Assembly: GCA_964649715.1 (NCBI GenBank)
Contig: CAZYTH010000002.1
Location: 2,248-66,247 of the forward strand
Length of the DNA stretch: 64,000 nt
Direction of reading: 5' to 3'
Source: an uncultured Candidatus Saccharibacteria bacterium
GTDB lineage: Bacteria; Patescibacteriota; Minisyncoccia; Phycocordibacterales; UBA12445
The number at the start of each line of letters is the position of its first letter. Position 1 is the first letter of the stretch. Made by a program: the position numbers and the translations under genes. The notes below the pieces were generated by a model that saw only the letters and a list, made by a program, of their open reading frames with translations, was not told where the DNA came from and made no database searches. Shown piece after piece: positions 29,820 to 38,461 of this stretch.

Positions 29820-30173
29820 ATGAAAGATAATAGGGAAATTATTTTAATCAGAAATTCTCTGGGGATTATTGTGGCTGGACTTGTTCTGGCTAAATATTTA
29901 TTGGAATATCACATTTACAGTGACAATGAATCTTTGGTTTCTGAAATAGCTCGTAGCGTGTCTTTTTTATTCGTACCAATACTGATAGTCGGTTTGGCAT
30001 TCACGATGTTATATTTTTCATATGTAATAATAAAAAAATCAGAGAATCACGAAGAAATTTCCCAGAGATCCGGAACGTTAAGAAAACCATTTGCCTTGGC
30101 ATTGGTTATCATCCTCACTCTTCCGATAATTTTTATTATTTTAATGATCCTGCTCAAATATAATTTTCTTTAA
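29820..30173 (+). CDS. hypothetical membrane protein
   Basis: Three TM helices. Confidence 0.3.
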   Translation: MKDNREIILIRNSLGIIVAGLVLAKYLLEYHIYSDNESLVSEIARSVSFLFVPILIVGLAFTMLYFSYVIIKKSENHEEISQRSGTLRKPFALALVIILTLPIIFIILMILLKYNFL

Positions 30174-30204
30174 ATATAGGGGAAACAAAAAGGCACACAA
30201 AAGG

Positions 30205-30535
30205 GTGTTTTTTTGATTTACTCCGCGGGTAGAAGGATTCTTCGCTTACATCGACGGTAAACCTTTTGGATATTTTATTTCATCTTCGTAAACTCAGATC
30301 CATAAAATATGCTCAAAAGGTTATTCGAATCCTAACGAAAGCCATGGGTAATGGCTTTCTCCCTTGGAGGATTCTTTCTCTATGAGAACTGTATAGGTTT
30401 CCCATTTTTTCGGATTAAAAAATCCTCAAAAATATAGGAGAACCTTTTCGAATCCTACACGGAAACCAAGCAGTTGGTTTCCTCCACTCCGTAAAATGAA
30501 AAAGACCCTATAAAGGGGCTTTTTCATTTTACTCC
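30205..30535. repeat. structured dispersed repeat, copy C (compound; contains an 18/20 match to the tRNA-Asn 3' end)
   Basis: tttactccgcgggtagaaggattcttcg... plus two ttcgaatccta.acg-hairpin-ctcc modules and a terminal hairpin plus ttttactcc. Confidence 0.5.
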
Positions 30536-30657
30536 ACATCGTGAACGAAGTTATAACCTATTTTAAGACCACGGACCAATACCATTACATACCAGCCTTT
30601 TAATTAAGATAGCCCGTGTTTGCCCTAAAATGCCCTCGTGTAGGGCTTTTCAAGTGC

Positions 30658-31896
30658 TTATTTGATAGTCTTGAGGAGTTCTGAATTGTAACCCTTTAAG
30701 TCGACCTTTTTTGAGGCATCATATGCTATGTTTTCTACTTCTTTAAGATAAACGGTGTTTTTTGAATAATCAGAGAGTGTCATGTCATTCTCATTAAAAT
30801 CCATAACCACGTTACGATTTCTGTTTTGAGTTATTTGAGCATGACTATAAGCATCGATGTAGACCATATTTTGCCATTTATCGAGTAAGCGGAAATGATT
30901 TTGACTCTCAGACCAAGCAAGTGGCACAACGTGGTGTAATTCAAAGCCTTTAATTTTGTCTTTAATTTTATGGTTAACAAAGTACTGATATTTTTCATTG
31001 AGTGACCGATCAAGTCTTTTTGGTGATTCACTGCCACTGAAACTATTCTTACCAGTTCTCAAGACTAGTTGTTCACCCCTCTGCTCGAAATACACAGTCT
31101 GGTTTAATAAAGTGTAAACCTGTTGTGCCTCATTTCTCCAATTATGAAAATCTCTTTTCTTGATTTTATTTCCAGCGAACTTTTCTGGAACTAAATCATT
31201 TTTTAATGTTTCTAGTACAGCCTGTCTTTGTATGTTTGATAAAGCCCTATACGATTTTATTAATTCAACTGCCTCGTCTGGTGTTATGTTAAAAGTCGAG
31301 TCAACAACACCAATAGCGGATACAAAAAATTGATATTCAGACAGCGAGATACTATCTATTCCATAATCAGCGTCTCTGAGAATATCAAGGACCATATCGA
31401 TAGAACCACTCAACAAAGTATCAATAGCCTTTGAGAACACGAATTCTTGATCCAAGATAGTTTGCGCAGTTATTAATTTGTGACCAAGTTCAGAGAGTGC
31501 TACGTATTTAACACTAGATCGTGCAAATGGGTCTAGTGGCTTTTTATTTTTATCAAATCTATTTATTAGCCCCATTCGATGTAAATCAACGAATAGGTTT
31601 TTTCTCATAGCATCCTGTGTACCAATGCCCGATAATTCTTTTGCGGCATCACAGAATCGTGCGTAGACTGCTTCATCGGGAGTATTCTCTGGTCTCTTTG
31701 ATAGGTCTGCTGTTCTTATTGCCATCAAAGATAAACTTGGTGCGAATTGGTCCAACAATTTCAAAATACCCACAATTCTTGTCGAATCATATCTGTTGTG
31801 TTGCGAGAAATGAAGCCCACGATATTTATCATCGGCTATTCTCCTGGTTATGAATTCCAGTGATTTATTTCCTTGGTTAATATCAATTAATGCCAT
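30658..31896 (-). CDS. restriction endonuclease-like protein with C-terminal HNH nuclease motif
   Basis: GFELHHVVPLAWSESQNHF...DAYSHAQI (HH..N..H) at C-terminus. Operonic with two DNA methyltransferases, with 14-nt overlap. Confidence 0.5.
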   Translation of the reverse strand: MALIDINQGNKSLEFITRRIADDKYRGLHFSQHNRYDSTRIVGILKLLDQFAPSLSLMAIRTADLSKRPENTPDEAVYARFCDAAKELSGIGTQDAMRKNLFVDLHRMGLINRFDKNKKPLDPFARSSVKYVALSELGHKLITAQTILDQEFVFSKAIDTLLSGSIDMVLDILRDADYGIDSISLSEYQFFVSAIGVVDSTFNITPDEAVELIKSYRALSNIQRQAVLETLKNDLVPEKFAGNKIKKRDFHNWRNEAQQVYTLLNQTVYFEQRGEQLVLRTGKNSFSGSESPKRLDRSLNEKYQYFVNHKIKDKIKGFELHHVVPLAWSESQNHFRLLDKWQNMVYIDAYSHAQITQNRNRNVVMDFNENDMTLSDYSKNTVYLKEVENIAYDASKKVDLKGYNSELLKTIK

Positions 31897-32665
31897 ATTC
31901 TTTTAAGTTCTTTTTTGCTAATTCGACATACTTTTTATCTGCATCAGCACAGATAAAATTCCTCTTTAGTCTGTTTGCAGCAACTGCCGTCGTACCACTT
32001 CCAACAAAACAATCCAAAACAAGATCACCACGTTTTGAACTTGCCTTTATTATACGCTCAACTAGGTCGAGTGGCTTAGGCGTAAGATGCTCCATTTTCT
32101 GCGTCTTTCCGTTAACTTTTCTTTTATGTCTTTCGCTTGTTATATGCCACACTTCACCACAAAAACGACCGTCTGGATTTGGAAACCAACGTTTACCATT
32201 TTTTAAGATACCTTTTTCTGCTGCGTGTTGAATGCGATCGGTAGATTCATAAGGAATTCTTATATCGTTGTAATTAAAAACATGCTTATTTGATTTAGTA
32301 AAAAATAAAATAGTCTCTTGACCATTACTATATTTTCTTTTCGAAGCACCAAGACCATCTCTTTTATCCCAGGTAATCCAATTTTGAAATACCATTTTCT
32401 TTGATACAAGGTACTGGAGAATAAAAGCGGAGTTGAACGGCGTATTGAATACATACAAACTACCATTGTCCTTTAATTTTTCAATAACTAAATCTAACCA
32501 TGCGTACGTAAAATTCAAAAAATCTGATTGTGATTTGAAAGTATCCCAATCTGCTTTATGCATATTGTAAGGGGGATCAACCACAACCAAGTCAATTGAT
32601 TTATTATCAATTTTTTTCAAAAAATCAAAGCAATCCAAATTGTGTATTTTATTAATTTCCAACAT
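31883..32665 (-). CDS. DNA methyltransferase (N6-adenine or N4-cytosine, beta class), DPPY motif
   Basis: DLVVVDPPYNM (motif IV) then C-terminal FVGSGTTAVAA (motif I): ParB-like/N6_N4_Mtase order. Confidence 0.75.
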   Translation of the reverse strand: MLEINKIHNLDCFDFLKKIDNKSIDLVVVDPPYNMHKADWDTFKSQSDFLNFTYAWLDLVIEKLKDNGSLYVFNTPFNSAFILQYLVSKKMVFQNWITWDKRDGLGASKRKYSNGQETILFFTKSNKHVFNYNDIRIPYESTDRIQHAAEKGILKNGKRWFPNPDGRFCGEVWHITSERHKRKVNGKTQKMEHLTPKPLDLVERIIKASSKRGDLVLDCFVGSGTTAVAANRLKRNFICADADKKYVELAKKNLKEYGIN

Positions 32666-32667
32666 AA

Positions 32668-33528
32668 TTATTTTTTCAATTTGAGATTGATAACTTTCTC
32701 ATAACTCTTGGATATTTCATACCCAACATAGTCTCTGCCTAATTCTTTTGCTACTTTAAGTGTGGTTCCAGAACCAGCAAATGGGTCCAGGACCAACTCG
32801 CCAACAAAAGTAAACAACTTAACACAGCGTCGAACTATCTCCTCAGGCATAAGAGCAGAATGTTCACCAAAAGCAATGTCACCCTTACCTGGAATAGGGA
32901 TATTCCATATTTGCTTTGTAAGTTCAACCCACTCCTTTTGAGTTAACTTACTTTTTTCTTTAATATCTTTAGGAACATTATTTTCAGGTTGCCCATCCTT
33001 TACATAAACAGTAATAAATTCAATAGTGTTTTGTGCATAGAAATTACGAGGGTACGGATAACTTCCAAACATTAATTTTTTTGATGGGTTTGTGCGATTC
33101 CAGATATACACATCCATCAAAAAAAGACCCGTGCCATTAATAACAGAATGTTGAATATCACTATTGATATCAAAAATATGACGATTATAGTGAGTAATTA
33201 AATTCTTTTTAAGCATCGGCATTAACGGAGTGTTTATGATAAGTTTACCGTTTGGTTTTAATACTCTCTCACACTCTTTCCATACCTCTAACATTTCTTT
33301 TATGTATTTTGAGTAGTCTGGAATATCGCCGATTTGCCCTTTTGCTTTTGAAATTTTCTTTTTTTCTTGGCGACCATCCATGGAATAGTCTTTGATATTA
33401 AAATATGGTGGACTTGTTACGATCAATTGAACAGAGTTGTCTGGCAACTCCTTCATATCTCTCGCATCCTTAAAAAATACTTTGTTCTTATATTCCATAA
33501 AATTATTTTTTGTATTGCTTTTTTGCAA
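32668..33528 (-). CDS. DNA methyltransferase, SPPY motif (N4-cytosine type likely)
   Basis: LIVTSPPYFN (motif IV) and C-terminal FAGSGTTLKVA (motif I). Confidence 0.75.
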   Translation of the reverse strand: MQKSNTKNNFMEYKNKVFFKDARDMKELPDNSVQLIVTSPPYFNIKDYSMDGRQEKKKISKAKGQIGDIPDYSKYIKEMLEVWKECERVLKPNGKLIINTPLMPMLKKNLITHYNRHIFDINSDIQHSVINGTGLFLMDVYIWNRTNPSKKLMFGSYPYPRNFYAQNTIEFITVYVKDGQPENNVPKDIKEKSKLTQKEWVELTKQIWNIPIPGKGDIAFGEHSALMPEEIVRRCVKLFTFVGELVLDPFAGSGTTLKVAKELGRDYVGYEISKSYEKVINLKLKK

Positions 33529-33709
33529 TTTTTACATTCGAAGTTAGTTGCAAAAACTTCTCAAGGTCCTGTTCGTCAATTCTCCAATAACCGACCTTTG
33601 ATGCTTTTAGTTTACCTTCATGAATGTAGCGAAATACAGAGCGTTCACTCACACGGAGCACCTCTGCAACTTCTTTTGTATTAAGAAATTTTGTAGTCAT
33701 TTTTTTCAT
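33503..33709 (-). CDS. excisionase/MerR-type helix-turn-helix DNA-binding protein
   Basis: FLNTKEVAEVLRVSERSVFRYIHEGKLKASKVGYWRIDEQDLEKFL matches the Xis/AlpA HTH_17 pattern. Confidence 0.65.
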   Translation of the reverse strand: MKKMTTKFLNTKEVAEVLRVSERSVFRYIHEGKLKASKVGYWRIDEQDLEKFLQLTSNVKIAKKQYKK

Positions 33710-34022
33710 TTGGTCTCCTTGTTACATTTTAACTTTTATGAAAACTTATGTCAAAGTGTGTCATGTTGTTTCTTGATTAAATTATACAGTGGAGGTATAA
33801 TTGGAACGCTACCCATATAGTTTGTAATAATCCAAAACGGGCAAATGCCTTTTTGTGTCACGTAGTTGTGACCAGAGAAGGGCAGTTTGTCCCTGCCACA
33901 ACTACTGTCGCCCTTTTGGGTTACAGACTATGTGGGTAGCCAGGTGTACAGGCTGCCCCTTTCTTGTTTTTAGGCGCAGCATAAAGTCGAAAGCCTGAAT
34001 TAATAATTTAGGAAAAAACTAT

Positions 34023-34481
34023 ATGCTATTTAATGTAATTTTTGCACTTTCATTTTTATTTGTTGCAGACTTGTTATGGCGACGTCACAAGAAAAACAAA
34101 CAAACAAAACTTCTCAATAATCCTGATTTTTTAATAGAACAAATTGAGGAGAAAAAAAGTAAATTCATACCTGCTATTGCTAAATCGTCTGAAAACTCAA
34201 ATTGGGATGTGTATAGCGAGATACTCAAAGATATTGAACAGACAGATTCGCAATTTTTGCAACTAAAAGAAAGGTACGTACATGATAAAGAAAAACTGTT
34301 AAATATAATAAAGGATTATGATAACTACTTAGCAAGTCAGAGTACCTTGTATTGGGCGTGGAGAGCGCTGTATACGGACCTGGAGGATGGTGCTAGCGAC
34401 AGGTTCGATGAGGAGGCAAAAGAACCTAGAATAAGAATTGAGGAAATAAAAAAACGTTTTACTGTTTTGCTAAATAAGTAA
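34023..34481 (+). CDS. hypothetical membrane-anchored protein (island cargo)
   Basis: Single N-terminal TM, charged coiled-coil-like remainder. Confidence 0.3.
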   Translation: MLFNVIFALSFLFVADLLWRRHKKNKQTKLLNNPDFLIEQIEEKKSKFIPAIAKSSENSNWDVYSEILKDIEQTDSQFLQLKERYVHDKEKLLNIIKDYDNYLASQSTLYWAWRALYTDLEDGASDRFDEEAKEPRIRIEEIKKRFTVLLNK

Positions 34482-34538
34482 GTTGCCCCAGGGCAAATGC
34501 TCGATAAATAAGGCACAAAATGGTAAAATGTATTTACT

Positions 34539-35273
34539 ATGGTTTCAGAGTTGGAATTCAAAATTAAATTTGTTTTGGAGTATTTAAGGAATCAAATACA
34601 GGATGAAAATCAGCCTGAAACTTTTGAAATTGACCAACAAAAATTTGATTTTGATAATAGTCGTGGTGGCATCATTCCTAAGAATGTAGAGGTTAGAGAT
34701 ATTGTTCGGCAAATTACCTCAGGGAATGAACTGGGTGAAATACTTGATCACATATCAGATATAACAAATGGAGAATTTAAGTTAGTATCGATTGCGCCAA
34801 TAAGAAAGGTTGATTCAAGAAATCCAATAGAACTTACTTTTGGTACCAAAAAGTTGAAAGTGGCACCAGCCCATACTCAGTGGTCTAGTGGATATAATGC
34901 TTGGACCGTTGAATACCACCCCGAAAAGAAGCATTTACAAAAGAAAATCCTATCCAATAAGCAGGTTTTTAATTTTTACATAAACAAGGATCGAGAACTT
35001 ACCCAAGTGCTACCAGATAGACCTGAAAAGACAATTAAAATTACTAAAAAACAGTACGCATTTTTTGAATTACTCGTTGAATATGACCACTCCTATGCAC
35101 CAGCAAAAGACATTGCGGAAACTATTAAAAGCCCTACGAAGTATGTTCAAAATTTAGCACAACTACTTAAAAAGGAAATAGATAAAAACTTTGTCGGTAT
35201 TACAGGAAAAGAATTCATTGAATCGGATGATGGGTATAGGATAGGTAGAAAAGTGAAACTCATATTGAAGTAG
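34539..35273 (+). CDS. protein with C-terminal OmpR/PhoB-type winged-helix DNA-binding domain
   Basis: ITKKQYAFFELLVEYDHSYAPAKDIAETIKS...VQNLAQLLKKEID...GYRIG resembles Trans_reg_C. N-terminal 150 aa unassigned. Confidence 0.45.
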   Translation: MVSELEFKIKFVLEYLRNQIQDENQPETFEIDQQKFDFDNSRGGIIPKNVEVRDIVRQITSGNELGEILDHISDITNGEFKLVSIAPIRKVDSRNPIELTFGTKKLKVAPAHTQWSSGYNAWTVEYHPEKKHLQKKILSNKQVFNFYINKDRELTQVLPDRPEKTIKITKKQYAFFELLVEYDHSYAPAKDIAETIKSPTKYVQNLAQLLKKEIDKNFVGITGKEFIESDDGYRIGRKVKLILK

Positions 35274-35717
35274 TGCACAAAAATAAATTGTGGATAAGTA
35301 GAAAAAGCACAGGAAAATAAACCTGTGTTTTTTCTATTTTGTGCACCACTTCTGGTATTTATTGTGCACATTACTAACTCCTAGAATGAGTCATAGGAGT
35401 TGGATCCAACCTACAAACGTTCGCTTTGGTCCCAACTCCCAAGGCGAATTTTTGTTTTTCAGGAATCCGCCACTGAACAGAAATGTTCACGTCACCGAAC
35501 TCTTCGTACAAGAGAACCTAATGACGAAAATTGATAGGTGGCATGTACGCCAATACGGATACCTCATCAACGTGCAGAGGAAGCGGTGTCTGAGTGGAGC
35601 AGTAACCTCCACCACCCCTCCCAGCAACCAGTACCTAGAAAACACAAGCAAGAAAGTTGAAGTGAGTCGTGGATACCAAAAGTAACTACTTCCTACTGCA
35701 ATTGAAAGGAATACGGC

Positions 35718-35906
35718 TTGGGGGGTTCGGGCATTGCAATGGCAATAGCAAATACTATGCGAGACAAACATTATCCAAATAGGTCGATAAGACTATCAGA
35801 CGAAGTGTGGGAAACATTCAAGAGCCAAGTAAAACACTCTGGTAAGTCTTGGAATTTGTTTGTGCGTAATTTGTTAGCCAAGAACAAAAACAAGCAAAAG
35901 AAATAA
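35718..35906 (+). CDS. ribbon-helix-helix (CopG/Arc-like) DNA-binding protein
   Basis: RSIRLSDEVWETFKSQVKHSGKSWNLFVRNLL: beta strand plus two helices typical of RHH. Confidence 0.45.
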   Translation: MGGSGIAMAIANTMRDKHYPNRSIRLSDEVWETFKSQVKHSGKSWNLFVRNLLAKNKNKQKK

Positions 35907-36071
35907 GTTTTATGATTAGCCAGCAAACATTACAAGAATTCAAAGAGATCTTTGAAAAAGAACTCGGACCAATGCCAGACGAGGAAGTCTTGCTTGATTC
36001 GGCTTGTGATTTGCTGACACTGTTTGATAACACCTACAAACCCATAAAAAAGGAATGGGTTGAGAAATTTC

Positions 36072-36285
36072 CCCCAGGGCAAAAAGAAATGGTGGAAAAT
36101 GGACAATTTATTGCCCCAGGGCAAAAAATAAACCAAGAAAACCAAGAAAATAATTTCCCCAGGGCAAAAATAACAGGCAATAACAGATAAAATTATCTAA
36201 TAAATTGCCCCAGGGCAACAAAAAACGGTAGAAAACGGATAAATAATTCACCTTATGCAAATACACAATTATTGCCCCAGCGCAA
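36072..36285. repeat. iteron-like direct repeats, five copies of TT(G/T)CCCCAGGGCAAAAA; sixth copy at 34486-34496
   Basis: Cores at 36072, 36114, 36157, 36208 and 36275 (the last with one mismatch); spacing 42, 43, 51 and 67 nt. Confidence 0.55.
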
Positions 36286-36391
36286 AAAGAAGTGGTGAAT
36301 GTGGATAGTTTTATGTAAAAAGTCATTGGAGTCATGCCAATCCACTAGACTTCTATTAAAAATTAAGGCATGTTCGTAATAAGAAAACCCT

Positions 36392-36577
36392 ATGAAAAAA
36401 ACAAGCAAAGTAAGTCAATACTGGAAAAGTAGAGCAACCTTCATAAACCAACATTTAGGTGCTGAGGTACAACCACTTACTCCCTTAGAACTAAGAGAAA
36501 TGCATAGTCGAAGCATTAAGAGAGGAATTAGCCATAGAAAATTAAATCCAAAGTTATATGAAAACCCAACCAAATAA
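36392..36577 (+). CDS. small basic protein immediately upstream of and overlapping the recombinase start
   Basis: 61 aa, lysine/arginine-rich. Speculative recombination directionality factor or leader peptide. Confidence 0.2.
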   Translation: MKKTSKVSQYWKSRATFINQHLGAEVQPLTPLELREMHSRSIKRGISHRKLNPKLYENPTK

Positions 36578-38192
36578 CCCAATCAAGTACTTTATTTATG
36601 CCCGCAAGTCGAGCGAGGATAAAGAAAAACAAGTCGCATCTATTGAGGACCAGTTAGAAGTTCTTAATAAAATCGCAATACAAAATAACATTAAAATAGT
36701 ACATGTATATGAGGAATCACAATCAGCCAAAAAACCAGGCAGACCACAATTCACCGCCATGCTCGAACGGATTATTAAAGGCGATGCTAGTGGGATACTT
36801 TGTTGGAAACTTGATCGCCTGGCTCGCAATCCTATTGATGGTGGGCAGATAAACTGGCTACTTCAACAAGGAACAATACAAATTATTAAAACAAACGAGC
36901 GAGATTACTACCCAAGCGACAACGTTTTGATGATGCAAGTTGAACTTGGTATGGCTAACCAATACATTCGAGACCTTTCATCAAATGTAAAGCGTGGGCT
37001 CGCTAAGAAATTACGTGATGGCTGGTTACCAGGTCTTGCACCTATCGGATACTTAAACGATCGAACAAACGAAAAAGGAAATCGCACAGTTATGAATGAT
37101 CCTGATAGATTTGTACTGGTTCGTAGAATATGGGACCAAGCACTTACTGGTAATTACACAGTGCCTCAGTTATGGGAGTACTCGAGAAAAGAATTGAATC
37201 TAACAACCGTACTAAGACGAAAGTCTGGAGGTAAGCCATTATCAAAAAGCGCAATGTATTCATTACTCACTAACCCGTTTTATTACGGAATGATTCGGTA
37301 TCCTGAAAAGACTGGTGAACTACATCAAGGTAAACACGAACCAATGATAACGGTCCAAGAATTTGACCGTGTACAAGACATAATTGGCACTCGTAACGCA
37401 ATACGACCTAAGAATGAAGTGTTTGCTTTTACTGGTCTTATGAGGTGCGGTAACTGCGGTTGCTCAGTAACTGCTGAAAGTAAAATAAAGCGATGTAAGA
37501 ATGGAAATTCGCATTACTATACCTACTACCATTGCACTAAAAAGAAAGTCGACATTAAATGCGATCAAAAAAGTGTAGAGGTACGTAAACTAGAGACTAT
37601 GTTCAAAGAGAAATTGATGAACTTGCAAATCTCAGATGCGTTCAAAGCATGGGCAATAAAACATTTGCACGAAATAAGAACCACTGAGGCAGATAGCAAC
37701 AAAATAGCAATGAGTGTGGCATCCAAAGAACTCGCAACCGTGTCAGAGCAACTAAGAGCACTAACTTTGAATTACACATCACCACAGAACATAAACAGAT
37801 CGATAATGACCGAGAGTGAATACTTGGAATTTAAGAATGACCTATTAAAAAAGAAAGAGACCGCAGAGAGTCGAGTTAAAACAACATCAGACGAACTCGA
37901 GTCTTGGGTTGAACTTAGTGAAAAAACTTTTAATCTAGCGTTCTATGCGAGTGTTTGGTTTGAAAAAGGAACGAACGAACAACGTAAAGCAATAATGTCG
38001 TGTTTAGGCTCGAACCTCACACTGAAAGATGGAAAAATCCAACTATACATGCATCCTTTCATTGAAACGCTTATTCAAAACAAAAAATATGTCACTATTG
38101 AGAATCCAAAGGTTAGAACCTCTGAAAACTCAATGTACATAAGACAAAACGCCGCTTTAGGCGACGTTTCATCAAAGTGGCTCCGCGGGTAG
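36558..38192 (+). CDS. large serine recombinase (resolvase-domain integrase)
   Basis: YFIYARKSSEDKE...IEDQ resolvase N-domain with catalytic Ser. Recombinase domain and CGNCGC...YYHC zinc-ribbon. The 3' end overlaps tRNA-Asn. Confidence 0.85.
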   Translation: MKTQPNNPIKYFIYARKSSEDKEKQVASIEDQLEVLNKIAIQNNIKIVHVYEESQSAKKPGRPQFTAMLERIIKGDASGILCWKLDRLARNPIDGGQINWLLQQGTIQIIKTNERDYYPSDNVLMMQVELGMANQYIRDLSSNVKRGLAKKLRDGWLPGLAPIGYLNDRTNEKGNRTVMNDPDRFVLVRRIWDQALTGNYTVPQLWEYSRKELNLTTVLRRKSGGKPLSKSAMYSLLTNPFYYGMIRYPEKTGELHQGKHEPMITVQEFDRVQDIIGTRNAIRPKNEVFAFTGLMRCGNCGCSVTAESKIKRCKNGNSHYYTYYHCTKKKVDIKCDQKSVEVRKLETMFKEKLMNLQISDAFKAWAIKHLHEIRTTEADSNKIAMSVASKELATVSEQLRALTLNYTSPQNINRSIMTESEYLEFKNDLLKKKETAESRVKTTSDELESWVELSEKTFNLAFYASVWFEKGTNEQRKAIMSCLGSNLTLKDGKIQLYMHPFIETLIQNKKYVTIENPKVRTSENSMYIRQNAALGDVSSKWLRG

Positions 38193-38252
38193 GATTCGAA
38201 CCTACGACCAACCGCTTAACAGGCGGTCGCTCTACCACTGAGCTACCGCGGA
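38178..38252 (-). tRNA. tRNA-Asn (anticodon GUU), CCA encoded
   Basis: Reverse complement tccgcggtagctcagtggtagagcgaccgcctGTTaagcggttggtcgtaggttcgaatcctacccgcggagcca folds as a cloverleaf. 7-bp acceptor stem; ctgttaa anticodon loop. Confidence 0.85.
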
Positions 38253-38461
38253 ATATGTTTTATACAATAATACCAAATTAAAATTTACACTCAAATAATG
38301 AGCTCTGCCCAAGGCGGACAGGTACCATAGAATATATTTTTGTTTAAAAAGAACTGATAAGCATACTACCAAAAAAGTTAAAAAATGCAAAGAAATTAGC
38401 TCGGCTTTGTTTTTAGTTTTTTTTAGTATAGTATTTAGGTATTAAGAAATAAAGAAAATAT

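Larger units (their letters stand above)
30211..38252. mobile_element. putative integrative element inserted at tRNA-Asn (serine-recombinase type) carrying an R-M system
   Basis: Recombinase gene abuts and overlaps the tRNA 3' end. Partial direct repeat of the tRNA 3' end at 30211-30232. Cargo of R-M, excisionase-like HTH, regulators and iterons. Confidence 0.55.

Noticed and set aside
35341-35771. Two overlapping ORFs (114 aa plus strand, 94 aa minus strand) in the GC-rich tract.
   Set aside because: The translations are not protein-like (Cys, Trp and His-rich, no domain) and both strands are open. The region is treated as non-coding or RNA instead.
35912-36190. 92-aa ORF upstream of the recombinase as a real protein.
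   Set aside because: Its C-terminal half is encoded entirely by the iteron repeats (PPGQK, APGQK, FPRAK). It is likely a spurious extension, although the N-terminal 50 aa could be real.
36072-36285. Possible CRISPR array (regularly recurring ttgccccagggcaaaaa).
   Set aside because: The repeats are only 11-17 nt, the spacing is irregular (42, 43, 51 and 67 nt) and there are no cas genes nearby. Iteron or operator-type direct repeats fit better.
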